From Auanema rhodensis (lineage: Eukaryota; Animalia; Nematoda): a DNA stretch of 64,000 bases. Below are positions 44,801-58,527 of this stretch, piece after piece (position 1 is the first letter of the stretch; every line of letters begins with the position of its first letter). The notes under the pieces are model-generated. The model ran no database searches and had not been told where the DNA came from. It was given only the letters and a program-made list of their open reading frames with translations. The stretch covers positions 7,502,001-7,566,000 of the forward strand of contig OZ059899.1 in NCBI GenBank assembly GCA_964057225.1. The letters are read 5' to 3'. The position numbers and the translations under genes are program-made.

Positions 44801-46702
44801 AACTTTCGCGAATTGAGTGAAAAATAAAGATTTTTAATCAACAAGATTCTATTATTACTTATATCATCAAATTTCTGCACGAAAGGCATTTACTTATTAT
44901 ATGTTAAACAAAAAGCATGGATATCAGTACTGGTCATTAACGTGTTCTAAAACTACTGTCTTTGTTGTCTTTCTTTCTAGCATCTTATTATATTACATCA
45001 AGATTAATTTATTTTTGATTTATCTTTTATCATATGTGTTCAGGTTAAATTTTCAACTCTTTCATAGTATTCATGTTGTTGTTTTTCGGCAAAACAGATA
45101 ATATTTCAAAAATAAAAACCGAACGCATAAATTACTCCTCTACAATTCTCGGATCTCCCAGTTTATATATCGGAGCACATAATAGATCGGTTTTGTATAT
45201 ATTGCAAAAATATTTCCTTCCCCCACTCCAAAAATGGAAAATCCCTCCATACAAAACACAAAGAAATGAATTGTATTGCAGATTTGATTTCGTACCAAGT
45301 TTCGAAATGTGGGAAAAAATATTGCTTATTAGTGAGCGTGAGAGAATGGTCGGCGCGTTTCTTTATTTTTTTTTAATGTTCCGGGCGCACCGGTCGTCAG
45401 TCAGTGTCAGCTGGGCCCTTTTCTCTACTTACCTAATTCTCTCGATTTCTGCTTTTTCTAGTTACAATGCGTAAAAAGATCAGTTGGATTTCATAATTGT
45501 ATATCTGCGTATTAGTATATTGATTTCGTTACCCAAAACAACTCAATTAAAATCTTTTACTTAGCTTACCATCAAGTTATTGGCTGAGTTTATTACAAAT
45601 GTATAGTTTGCAGTATGATGTTGCAGGAGTATGGCGCGTAAACCTTACACTTTGTTTATATCAGTTTTCTTATCTATAGAGCGTACGTATTAATTTAATT
45701 TCAATTTATGATTTTGCGCTAATTTTTGGCAGTTTTCTTTATAATGTTAACGTTAAGACGAAATACAAAACTTTTGTTTACCTCCAACATGTTATTCTGT
45801 ATTCCTTTCCATGTAATAATTTGATTGGTGCAGAGGATGTCCGTGACCTCTTTACTCCATTGATCTCTACCTATTCCTCTGCACATCATCCTAGCCGCTA
45901 GTGGTCTGGCATCTTATTGCGGTCAACAGTCACAATTGCTTTATAATGTTTTTTCCCTTATCAACTTCAAAATTTTCATGCTTTACTAGTTTTCTTCTCG
46001 GGATGAGCTGATGTAGTCGAATGTTAACAATATAATCTTGCCATTATTACCTAGCATGTTTATAAGCAGTTGAAATGAATAAGTTGAGCTTGTCAACTCG
46101 AAGAAATAAGTGTTCTGGATAGGGTTATGTTTTTTTATAATATTTACTCTTCACAGAGCCTACTGGATGCTCCTTTGCGCAATACAGCTGTTATTGATTT
46201 GCTTTTTTGAATTCTCATGGGTGTTCATTCGCAGCAGCTTTTCTTTGCCAATATTTGTGCATATTTGAGCCTACTAGTCTGTCTAAAACGTGTCAAATTA
46301 ACGAATTTAGTTTTAAAATGTTTATTTTGATGTTCTTTATTTACTTCCACGTTAGAGCCGATAATATATCAATTCCAAAAATATTGTTTCATGTTTCATA
46401 GGTTAACATTTTGAATTCAGGTACTTTATTCCTTTTCAAATTAACAAATTTTGTCCTATAATCTTAGGTCAGTTCTTTAACTATCTTTGGAAATAGGGCA
46501 TGTCTCTTTTTCATGGTTTGGCGCTCCAATTCATGCCTTCCTTCCAATCTTATTATTCTTTTCGTGGATTTCGATATCTAATTCAGCTCAAAAAGTTATT
46601 TTATATACATTTTCTTTTATTGAAGCAAAATTGTAAATTCCTTTGGATTCTTGTTTTTTAATGTAGTCAAATCTTCAAATTTATGTGATATATATTTCAT
46701 AG

Positions 46703-49700
46703 ATGTCAGCCAAGGCAGTGAGTGAACTTTCTGGAAAAGAATTACTTTATCGCCACCTCGAAAATACTAAATTTATTGATGCTCCCGTGCCCGCTCGTGT
46801 GCATAATGTTAATGATTTTGACGCAATTGTGTCTAACCCAAATCACTGGTTAAATGTGTCCAAGGTATGTTCCTAAAAGAATTTCTTATCTCTCAAGTTT
46901 GTTTTTCTTTGTTTTCTTATCATTGTTCTTTTTCAGAAAGGTGTAGTCAAGCCAGATCAGTTGATTAAGCGTAGAGGAAAGCATGGCTTGGTCAAATGGG
47001 GTGATGTTGCAACCATACGCCAATGGATAGCTGAGAAAGCTGGATCTTACGTTACGGTAGAACAGAAAAATAAAATTCTTGTTATGGTTTTTTATAGATT
47101 GGAAAGACTACAGGACGACTGCATAGTTTTATTGTTGAACCCTTCTGCGATCACACGGAATCCGATGAACTGTATATAGCTATTTACAGCCTTAGAGATG
47201 AAGATGTCATAATGTTTTATGAACAAGTAACATATTCAGCGTAAAGTTTTCAGTTATATGTTTTCTAAGGGTGGTGTTGATATTGGCGATGTGGACGAAA
47301 AAGCTCGCACTTTGAAAATTGCCGTTCAAGAGAACAATGTTAAGATGACTCCAACTGACGATCAGTTGAATACTCTAGTTGGCAATTTAGGAGAACGCAC
47401 CGGGTAATTTGATTAATTGTAGTTGAATGATCACAAATTATTATAGTCTTGTAATCAAGTTTGTGTCTGCCCTATACGAAGCTTACAAATCTCTTCATTT
47501 TACTTACCTTGAAATTAATCCTCTAGGTAATTTAGATTTTTTTTCAAAAATTCTGAATAAAACCTTTTAGTTGTTTTGGAGAACAAAATTTATATTCTTG
47601 ACTTGGCTGCAAAAATTGATGAAACTGCGAATTTCCTTTGTGCGGACAAATGGAAATCTCGCAACGGCCAACCTATCGAATTTCCTGCTCCGTTTGGTAG
47701 AGATTTAACAAAAGAAGTTAAATTAAAGTCTTTTACGGATATAAGTTAATATTCTAACAGGAACAGTATATTGCTGACTTGGATGCCAAGACTGGAGCCT
47801 CTTTGAAACTCACTATTCTTAATAGATCAGGACGCATATGGACAATGGTTGCCGGAGGGGGCGCTTCTGTAGTTTTTACGTACTTTACGATCTGTATATA
47901 TTCTCTCAGTTTATTTTTTTAGTGATACTGTATGTGATCTGGGAGGGGCTTCCGAGTTAGCTAATTACGGAGAATATTCTGGAGATCCATCAGAAACGCA
48001 AACTTTCGAATATGCAAAAACTATTTTATCCGTTATGACTGAGGGTGCACCAAGAGTGGATGGAAAAGTTCTTATAATCGGAGGATCTATCGCCAATTTC
48101 ACTAATGTAGCAAAAACATTTGGTGTATGTTTAGTTTTGTTTTACAGTTTTTAGTTTTTTTTTTAGGGAATAGTGAGAGCTTTTGAAGAATACGTAGACA
48201 AACTTAAGGAACATAAAATTACCATCTTTGTCCGTAGAGGGGGACCTAACTACCAAGAAGGACTACGTCGAATTAAAGATGCTGGTATTTCTACTTTTAT
48301 ATTCATTTAATATCATTTTATTTTCAGCTCAAACATTAGAGCTTCCCATCCATGTTTTTGGACCTGAAACCCATATGACTGCTATTGTTGGTGCAGCTCT
48401 GAAAGTACGTCCTATTCCAACTGTTCCTAAGGAACCACAAACTACCGGACAATTTTTATTAAGTCCTGAACGCCACGTATGTTAACGAACATGTGTGCAT
48501 AAAATACGACATTGTGGTTTCAGACTGCTGGTACTTCTCGTGACTCCTCTCGTCAGCCTTCTGATGAAATGGGCGGAAATGGTAGACCTAAAGAAGAGAT
48601 TGTAACTCCACCTGTCTTAATGGCTGAATTACAAAGCCAGTTTAAATCTCTGTTTGAAAATAATACCAAAGCTGTAATTTGGGGTCAACAACAGAAAGCC
48701 ATTCAGGTATAAATTTTTAAAAAAAATTTAATTTTTCTTGTTATTTTCAGGGAATGCTTGATTTCGACTATGTATGTCGTCGAGCAGAACCATCTGTTGT
48801 TGCGTCGACATACCCCTTCACTGGTGACAACAAACAAAAATATTACTTTGGGCATAAAGAAATCTTGGTTCCTGCTTACAAGTCTATGAGGATGGCTTTT
48901 GAAACTCATCCTGAAGCCTCTGTTATGGTCACATTCGCTTCGTTAAGATCAGTTTTTGAAACTGTTTTGGAAGCTCTCACATTCCCACAAATCAAAGTCA
49001 TTGCTGTTATTGCTGAAGGAGTACCAGAAAATCAAACCAGAGTTCTCTTGAAGGTGAGAGTTATATTGCTGAATACTTTTTATTTGAAAGTTTTTGTTAG
49101 ATTGCCAGAGAACGTGGAGTTACTCTCATCGGGCCAGCTACCGTTGGAGGAATCAAACCAGGATGTTTCAAGATAGGAAATACTGGTGGAATGATGGATA
49201 ATATTTTAGCTTCTAAGTTATATAGACCTGGAAGGTATTTGACATTATTGTTAATTTTATATTTGATCAAAATTATAGCGTTGCTTACGTTTCTCGTTCT
49301 GGAGGAATGTCTAATGAACTAAACAATATAATTTCTCAAAATACTGATGGTGTTTTCGAAGGAATTGCGATTGGAGGAGATAGATATCCTGGATCAACTT
49401 ATACTGACCACGTATTGAGATATCAGGATGATAGCAGGTGTGTTGTTACCATTTGCGCATAAAATAGAAACTATTGTAGAGTTAAAATGATTGTCCTTCT
49501 TGGCGAAGTAGGTGGCACGGAAGAATATAAGATTGTCGCAGCAATGAAAGAAGGAAGAATTACCAAGCCATTGGTTGCATGGTGCATTGGAACATGTGCA
49601 GACCATATCACATCCGAGGTTGAAAGCTGTTTTGTCGCTTCTAATAGTTTTTGTTAAGGTTCAATTTGGTCATGCTGGAGCGAGTGCCAACGCAGAAAGA

Positions 49701-51009
49701 GAAACGGCTGCAGCTAAGAATGATTCTCTTCGACAGTCTGGAGCTCTTGTTCCACCATCCTTTGATGATCTTGGAACGATGATCAAGGAAACTTATGATG
49801 GTTTGGTGAAAAAAGGAGAAATTGTTCCAAAGCCTGAAGTTCCACCGCCCGCTGTTCCAATGGATTATGCTTGGGCTAGGGTAAATTTAAGAACAAAAAC
49901 TGAGTTACAATAATCTACTTTGTAGGAACTCGGTCTTATCAGAAAACCTGCTTCATTTATGACATCTATTTGTGATGAGCGAGGAGAAGAACTGATATAC
50001 GCTGGTGTCCCCATTACAAAAGTTTTGGAGCAAGACATAGGTATTGGTGGAGTACTCGGACTTTTATGGTTCCAGGTATATTAAATTAGAATTTGAACAA
50101 ACATATAGTCTCTGTTTAGAAGAGATTGCCGGCGTATGCCAATAAGTTTATAGAAATTTGCTTAATGTTAACAGCTGATCACGGTCCAGCGGTGTCTGGA
50201 GCCCATAACACGATTGTATGTGCACGTGCTGGTAAAGATCTAATCTCTTCTCTTGTATCCGGATTACTAACTATCGTAAGTGTTTTTATTTTTATTTTTT
50301 TTTAACTTAAAATTGCAGGGTGATCGTTTTGGTGGAGCTTTAGATGGCGCTGCTAAACAATTTTCTGAAGCTATCGAAAAAGGATGGAGCCCTATGCAAT
50401 TTGTTAATGAAATGAGAAAACAAGGAAAGCATATTATGGGTATTGGCCATCGTGTAAAATCAGTAAGTAGAATACTTTAAATATATTCGATTATGTGAAA
50501 TTCAGATTAACAACCCTGACAAAAGAGTTGAAATTTTGAAAAAGTTCGCACTTGATCGATCAGAATTCCAGCAGGAGACTCCTCTTCTAGAATACGCTCT
50601 TGAGGTGGAAAAGATCACAACTGCTAAGGTTTAACCTAAACTATTAAAATTTTCAAGCTTAACATTTAGAAACCTAATTTAATTCTTAACGTGGATGGAG
50701 CTATCGGGGTTATTTTTGTAGATATATTAAAACACTCTGGAATGTTCACACCCTCTGAAGCTGTAGAAACCATTGAAATTGGTTCGTTAAACGGTCTTTT
50801 TGTGCTTGGCCGCAGTCTTGGATTTATCGGTAATCTATTATATTAAGAAATTCGGCTCAGTAAATATTTATAGGACATTATCTCGATCAACGTCGTTTGA
50901 AGCAAGGTTTATATAGACATCCTTGGGATGACATCTCATACATCATGCCTGAGAGAGACTTGGTGAGAATACTTTTTTTTCAAATTTATACTCTATATTT
51001 TTATAGTAA
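46703..51009 (+). CDS. acly: ATP-citrate lyase (single-chain, animal type)
   Basis: [19 protein letters not shown]; [17 protein letters not shown]; [13 protein letters not shown]; [10 protein letters not shown]; [12 protein letters not shown]; FGHAGA (phospho-His); [13 protein letters not shown]; GIGHRVKS; LNVDG; [10 protein letters not shown]. Stop is at 51007-51009 if the last intron is spliced, otherwise 51026-51028. Confidence 0.97.
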
Positions 51010-51145
51010 ACAAGAAAAATCGCTGTAGTGGATCATACTTGTACCATTCGTTTTATACATTATCGCCAGCGTGACACTGTATACTAATAATTCATTTATT
51101 TTCACTTTTGTATAAATACAATTTATGTCCCTTGTTTTACCTTGC

Positions 51146-51256
51146 AATAAAATTTTTTCAAAAAAATTGATAAATAGTGTTTGCCATGTTTTTCGTTTGG
51201 TATCTTTGCAAGTATAGTACAAAATACCATATGAATGATCAAGTTATGCATTTTAG
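51146..51256 (+). promoter_or_regulatory. Probable operon intercistronic region: AATAAA, U-rich (Ur) element, trans-splice acceptor
   Basis: AATAAA at 51146-51151; U-rich stretch with TATCTT (UAYYUU consensus) at 51201-51206; TTTTAG ending at 51256, 4 nt before the next ATG. Confidence 0.7.
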
Positions 51257-51260
51257 CACG

Positions 51261-54200
51261 ATGGAGGGTGAAAACGAAAGCTGTGAGGGCGAAAATATGA
51301 AAAAGGCGGATCCTCTAAGGATGATACGTGTTGAACTAACGGCAATTCTTGTAGCAGAGCGAGAGCCAGTCAGCTGGCAACAAATTGCTACACGTTATGA
51401 GTAATGCGGTTTCTTCAAATATAAATATTTATTTTGGTTATAGAGATGAAATTGGGATACCTTTAGATCCTAAAACGTATCAATTCAACACTGTGCCTGA
51501 GTTGCTTGATGCTCTCCGAGATAACATCGTAGCCGTAACTCTTCAAGGGCATAAACTGTGTGTATTATCATTCAATCTGAAATACGAAACATTTTTCTAG
51601 GTATCGAACTAAGTTCTCTCATGAATTGAGAGATCTGCAAAAACTAGTACAATCCCAAACCACAAAAGAAGAGCGTTTAATCGAAGCTCAAAGAAAAAAT
51701 AGGGGGTATTTTTTTAATGTATAACCTAATATTTTCCTTCTCTTAGTCGCCCTGTTAGAGTATCGCAATTCAGCAGTCGTTTCCAGAATACAATGGTCCA
51801 GTCAGGGTAAACTAAAAGAACTGACTCAGGGCGAATTAAACACTGTTTCAGATGGTATAATTCTGCAACTCACGAATCTACTCGTAAACCTGCAGCAAAT
51901 TTGGTACGCTGTGTTAAGTTAAAATAAGAAAATTTTGTTGCAAATATTAGGTGACTCAAATCTACCACATTATGAAGCACCAGGGTATTTTAAATGATGA
52001 AGGCTTGCTCGAGATGAGTTTATATCAACTGAAAGAAGCTTTTGAGGAAAAATATCATGAATATATGTTTCAAGAAAATACTACCATTATGTACTCATTG
52101 TTTCGCGCGCACTTTGAGTATTAGAATATTTTAGAAACTATGTTCAACTTTTTCGAAACCCTGACTATTCTCAGCATTGGAAGATTGAAGAAAGACCAAA
52201 AGACGGTTATACAACTTACTTCATGGTTTTAAAAAATTATCTGAGGGTTGTTCAAGGTTTCTTAGTGTACAGCTTTGCTATATATATCAAATAATTTAGA
52301 AGGTACACCACAAAAAATAAGTGTAGCTGGGCGACGTTTAGCATTGTAAGCTTTCGTTGTCGCATATACTAATAATATTTTTTTGTAGAAATTCATTAAA
52401 AACGGCTCTGTTTCATAATCGTGAAATGACAAACGATACAAGCTTAAAGAATAGTTCTCTCAGTAGTTCAGATAACTTGACCTCGTTGAATTCCGTTGAA
52501 TCTACCAGAATAGATTCCAACGATTTAAAATATGCTACAACAGATATTGAAGAAATCGACAATCTATCGGAAAGTTTGAAAATTTTTAGTACGTTTAGTT
52601 TGTCTTAGTTCTTAAACTTTGGCCCTGCTTTCAGCTTTTCCAACTCCAAACGGTCCCGGTATATATTCAAGAGAAGAATTTTGTTCCTTGCGATATAGCA
52701 ATTATTTCTCTGCGGACATTATAGACATTCTAAAGAATCATCCCAGCATATGCCGATCTCAGTAAGTACTTCAGATATTTTCTAAAATTTAACCAAATGG
52801 ACTGTACTTTGATCGAATATATTGATGGTATAAGATATAGTGTTTTTTCAGCGCTTTGTACTATCTCAAATTTACTTTGCGCTATGATTTTGATTAAAAA
52901 CAGAATAATAGAAAAATTTATTTTTTGTATCCTTAGATTTGTTGTGGCAATAGATCATTGAAAAAAATAATTTTCTATCTATGCTGGATACAAATGTGCT
53001 CTGTCTGTCCATATTTGTAGTTAAGCTTGTCTTGCCAAATGAGAAATATGGCATAACCTCACAGATATTTACTGGCTGTCGTAAAAATAGTCGACTTTCC
53101 TTAAATTTAGCTTACGTCAAAACCTAGCAGAATCAACTGATCCAATGACTTCTCGAAAATTACCTTACGGAGTTCGTTTTTCAAATTGGTTCTGTGAGCC
53201 TTATCTAATTCAGATATTTAACAATGGCAGGGATCCCCATCATATTACAACTAATATCATATGTCCAATAGCTAAAGAAGAAAGTGAAGTTTATAAGGTG
53301 ACATTAATTTATTTTTAATAAATAAATAATGAATTTGAATAACTCATTTAGAAAATTGAAAAAGTTAGCAGCAATACTGTTAACACTACACGCGGGAGAT
53401 TTGGTATGAAATTTGCAGCAACAGTTTTTTGGAAAAAGCATATTTCAGTGGCTCCCTCACAAACTGAGAAGGCACCGTTGATGCTGAATGGGAAGGGAAG
53501 AGCAGAACTAACAGATTGGCAAACAACCAAAGGTTTAGTTTGTTGTATTCTGAGTTTTAAACATTTATATTTAGAAAACAGATATTTAAGTCGATCATGT
53601 TACGACCCCCCACGTTATGTAACTTTTTTTTAACAGTGTCGAACAAATTACTCTTATTTTAGCTTGATCAAGCTGACAAAATGAATAGGCAACCCGGAAT
53701 ATTTTCTCGGCTTTCATTTTCACAGAGTGAAAAAACATTGGTAATATTTGCTTTATCATATTTTATAAATATATAAACCAGTAAATGTTTATTATCTAAT
53801 ACTTATATACGGATTTATAAATATTCAATGTGCTCTTTCTAACTATTATTTTCAAGGACTATATATTAAGTGCGCACATGTTGACCTTGCAAACTTATAA
53901 AGCATACTATTATTTTTACGAAATTGAAAATTTATTTTTGTCCAATATCTGATTTTTTAGTCCCTTGGTAAAGAAAGCGCTATTAAAGCTCTTGCTGCAA
54001 TGAATGAGGTAGAATAACAACAATTAATTTTCATATATTAATATTAAAGATTGATGATGAGTTCAGCAATTCTGAAAGCGAGTTTTCTGATAATAACGAA
54101 GGTGAATTTGGTAGCTTTAATTCTATAAATTTTTGGTTTAGATAAAGAATCTTCTGTAAATTTAATGACAGAATACGATCTAGCGTGGATGAAACATGCC

Positions 54201-55833
54201 AAATTTGTTGAGGATCCTCAATTAGACGAAATTAGAATGGTAGTTTTTGTTCTCTATAATATTTAAAATTTGCTGTAGTGTGCTCCCATGTATTTTGTCC
54301 CTCCCACTTCAATTCTTATCAGCTTTGAAAGTGGTAATGAAAATGGTTGTGCCAGATTCGCAGCTGTTCAACGCCTTCTCCAGTTGGTTAAAAGCATGTT
54401 TAAATTAGCAAATGTTTTATTTTCAGAGCTCATTTTGCTAAATATCCTTTCGAGCCATTGAAAGCACCCAAACTAGGACTACCCTGTATTGCTAGAAGTG
54501 CGGATGCAAACGAATTTGCTCGTGTAATTATTGTCTCCATGGTAAATTATGAGAAAAAAATCAAAATTTTTCTTGGTTATTCTAGAAAGGATCGACTATT
54601 GAGTGCGCTTGTTTGGATTACCATGGTTTTGTGATTGCTACACCTGATTCTTTATCTGTTTTGCCAACTATTTTCTCTCCAAGATATCTGCCTTGCAATA
54701 CCTTTTTAGCTCGTTTCAATGCAATTAAATGTATTCCAGCGGTATCGAAACGTGGTGCAAAAGTAGAGACTAATTAGTGAGTTTCTAGGAGAAGTATCAA
54801 GATTTAGCAAAGAACATTGCTGAACAATCACCCGGCAGTAATGAGTTTATGCTGTTTACAACAGCTATATTCGGTGTAGATCCTGTGAGTTGTGAAAATG
54901 TTAGAAAATATATTTGTGATAAATTTAGGCAGATAACAAAACAGTAGTTGATTGGATTACACCTTCGGGATGTTGGAAATCTACTGAGATTTTGAGACTT
55001 TACAATGCCGTTCACAAAAGCAATGATCCTTCTCATCCAACTTCAGATGAGGTAGAATTAGCATCTAAGGTTAGTATCTCGTTTCATTTATTTTTAAAAA
55101 ATATTATTTAGGAGATAGAATTGAATGTAAGCGAGTTTAAAAAAATAGAATGGGCGTTTTCGGCTGATGATAAGTCTCTTAAGCGCGAAGCAGAACTTTT
55201 AGAGGTATGTTTTTTACAATTAAAACTTGATGTAAAATCGTTTTAGAAATGGAATGAGGGGTTGCTTTCCGACTCTTCAGCTATTCGTATTTCTTCTGAA
55301 GCTGAGAATGAAGTTAATGACGAGAAACTAGTTCATCCTGAAAAGAATACGGTTTGAATATGCACATATGTTTTATTTCTAGTGTTTCGTGTTATATAGG
55401 ATGACATTAAACAGGAGGAAGATCATTGCAATAGCCAGCCTAAAATTGATATTGTTCAGCATAATAAATTTAGCATCTCACCTGAGCCTGAAAAGGAAGA
55501 GAGGGTTTTGACACCTCAAAAAGTACTGGATCAAGAATATAAGAATGAAATTTTGAATTTGTGAGTTATTTTGATCATTTTTACTCTTACATAAATCATT
55601 ATCATATTAAAAATGACTTCCAGAAGCAATTTATTGGCATCTGTTTCGGATAGTTTATATCCTGAAATCCGATCACCATTCAATAGTCTTGTTGCTGGAA
55701 TCGCTAAACTTGCTAAGGTATGCATAGCAATGTAAGTCGCTGTCTAAACGTATTATTTTTTCAGAGTTCTTCTATGAATGAAAATAATGAAGCTTGGGAC
55801 TCTGTAATTGAAAAGTTTATGTCAAGATGTTAA
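51261..55833 (+). CDS. lotr-1: LOTUS (OST-HTH) + Tudor domain protein, TDRD5/TDRD7/LOTR-1-like germ-granule factor
   Basis: N-terminal LOTUS pattern IRVELTAILVAEREPVSWQQIATRYE|DEIGIPLDPKTYQFNTVPELLDAL; probable second LOTUS (MSLYQLKEAFEEKYHE); Tudor PKLGLPCIARSADANEFARVIIVSM|KGSTIECACLDYHG; acidic tail ending ...EKFMSRC*. Not all internal junctions were verified. Confidence 0.75.
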
Positions 55834-55889
55834 ATCTCGTGTTGTTCTAGCAATTTTTTTGTTATACGAAATAAAACATTTTTTTTCTT

Positions 55890-56360
55890 TCATTGAAATA
55901 TATAAAGTGTTAGAGGTACAATAATAGCCAAAATTCCTGAAATTTGAATAGATCCTGAGTTACAGAGGTCTGTGTTACAACAGCATATTTTTGCTTCCAT
56001 TTCAGTTCTGCATCCAGAGGCCTTAAGATTGCACGATGACTCTTTTAAAGTGTCTTAACGCTCACCTCGCATACTCCCATATCTACACGTGTTGTATTCG
56101 CACAATTTTCTTCGATATATTTTGTAAGATCTCCGGCTTCTCTATAAAAATTCCAACAGAAGTTCACATTTCCGCAGTCAACTGCGACCTGTAATGAGTG
56201 ATTCATGATTGTTGAACACGAGCATCTAGCAAACTCTTGGGCTTTTCATGATTTGGCCGCCTTTTTGTTCTTCAGTATACTTGTAACATTTAAGAGAAGA
56301 AACTTCGAAATTGCAAAATAGTAGCAACGAAATAAAGACTAATAGTCGACAAGGGAACAT
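55890..56360 (-). CDS. Ly6/uPAR (three-finger) GPI-anchored protein
   Basis: Three exons: signal peptide MFPCRLLVFISLLLFCNFEVSS, LKCY...VDCGNVNFCW...ENCA...GVCE|ASGCR...ICCCNTDLCN (10 Cys), hydrophobic tail SGSIQISGILAIIVPLTLYIFQ*. Absent from the ORF track. Confidence 0.88.
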
Positions 56361-56870
56361 GTTTAAGGTATAATACGAACTGCTATCAATTACAGAAGCT
56401 AATAATGGAAAACTGATAATTTATTATCAGATTAAATTATATCTTTGTATAAATACATATAGGTTAAATTGATTCATAGTTTGAAATTTATATTTCAACT
56501 TCCATTGAATAACGTGTTAGAATTATTGTGATAATGGTGAATTGAAGATTAGAATATAAGGATACTTCATATTCGTCTCAGAAATAAAAACCAATCTCGG
56601 TATTCTCGATTGCACTGTCTTTTTATCAGTTTGCGTGATCGATTTTTACACTTCGATGATTTTTCAACTGACAAATGATGTTGAATATTTGTGGGCTTTG
56701 CTTAAAGTTCCAATTTCGTGAAGATTCACATAGTATTATTTATCTCCTAGTGCATATAACATTTCTTGCATTAATTTCTTCATTGTTTGGTCATGCAAAA
56801 TTCAACCGTGAATACTTGCGGGCATTAAAAAATATGACAAAGTGAAACAATATTCACAGCGTATTATAAT

Positions 56871-56872
<2 letters not shown>

Positions 56873-56928
<56 letters not shown>
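56873..56928. repeat. (AT)n microsatellite
   Basis: Read directly. Confidence 0.97.
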
Positions 56929-56931
<3 letters not shown>

Positions 56932-57194
56932 GTCAATTGATTTATGTTGTTTCCACTTGCATAACACACCTTTCACAGCGGTTTGGTTGAGTACTTGCAT
57001 AACAGTTTGGTTGAATAATTTTGTAATTTCGATCTTTAATATCAGAATGATGCTGACAACGCTTGCTCCAAAATCGAATTGTTTTTTGAACTTCAACAAT
57101 TGAACACAAATTTCAACAATTCTTTCATACTTGCATACTCCGTTGAACCATGCTTATTGAACTTGTTTAATTATTTTTGCATGTAGTTTTTGTG

Positions 57195-58259
57195 ATGGTA
57201 TCATTGCTGGCCGGAAAACTCTCTGTGATCACTGGTATTCGTTTTTCCTTTCTATTATAGTAGGTTTCTGCTATTAAGGAGGGGCATCCGGAATAGGACG
57301 AGTAGTTTGCCAAAAATTCGCTGAGCATGGAGCACGAGTTGTTGTCGTCGATTTACATAACAATGCTGCCGTTGATGTAGCAAAATCTCTAGGTAATTCC
57401 AAAAAAAAACTAACCTCATTAATGTTTTATTTTCAGGATCTAATAATCACACAAGTTTTGCGTGTGATGTTAGCAAAGTATGTTTAACAACTTGTTTTTT
57501 TGTTCTCTATTGTTTTAGTCCGACCAAGTTTCTTCTCTCAAAGATTTCGTTTTATCTAAATATAACCAATCTCCATCCATTGTTGTCAACTGCGCAGGTA
57601 TTACTCAGGTAAACATAATATTATATATAGCATAACCTATGCTTAGTGACATGTGATTATAATTCAGGACTCAACCCTTTTAAAAATGACCGAAGAAAAA
57701 TTTGACAATGTGGTAGCAGTAAATCTCAAGGGTACTTTCCTTGTAAGGTGTTTTGGCTCATTATTATCCGTTATGAATATGCTTAGATTAATCAAGCCTT
57801 TTCTAAAGCTTCGGTTGAAAATAAAATTCCTCTTTCAATTGTTAATGTTTCATCAATTATTGGGAAGGTAGCAATGATTGATTTTAATTACTGATTCATA
57901 AGTTATTTATAGGTTGGAAATTTCGGGCAGTCTAATTATGCTGCAACTAAAGCTGGTGTGATTGCATTCAGCAAAAGTGCTGCTAAAGAATTAGCCAAGA
58001 AGGGAGTTCGTGTTAATGCCATTCTACCAGGTTTTATCACGACACCTATGACAGCAGCAATGCCTCCCCAGGTTTCGTGATGCGAGACATCAACACCTAA
58101 ACTAGTTTTCAGGTTTTATCTGATATATGTGCCGGAATTCCAATGGGCAGAATGGGAGAGGCAAATGAAATTGCTGATGCAGCTCTCTTTTTGGGATCTG
58201 ATTTATCAACCTACGTCACCGGCACTACTTTAGAGGTAACTGGTGGCCTCCATGCTTGA
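57195..58259 (+). CDS. dhs-25: Short-chain dehydrogenase, HSD17B8/FabG-like
   Basis: [20 protein letters not shown]; [15 protein letters not shown]; NVSSIIGK; [11 protein letters not shown] (YxxxK); [16 protein letters not shown]; [12 protein letters not shown]. Confidence 0.92.
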
Positions 58260-58527
58260 GTAATTTTGAAATTCCTATATGGAAAAATTTACATTTCCTC
58301 TGTTTTTCTTGTTCTAAAATTCTATGTATGTAAGTATCAAAAATGTATTTTGTCCGATTCAGGTTAACAACAAATCATCCAGAATTATAATTATTAGGCA
58401 TTGAAATAAAAATAAATTATTACATTTATTCAAGCAGTATAGTTAACAATACGATTATATTAAAAATTGAATAGAATTCACAGTGAGCAAAAATGGTTGC
58501 GTAATCATTTGAACCATAGTTAACAAG

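Noticed and set aside
56854-57103. ORFs with IYIYIY runs
   Set aside because: Translations of an (AT)n microsatellite.
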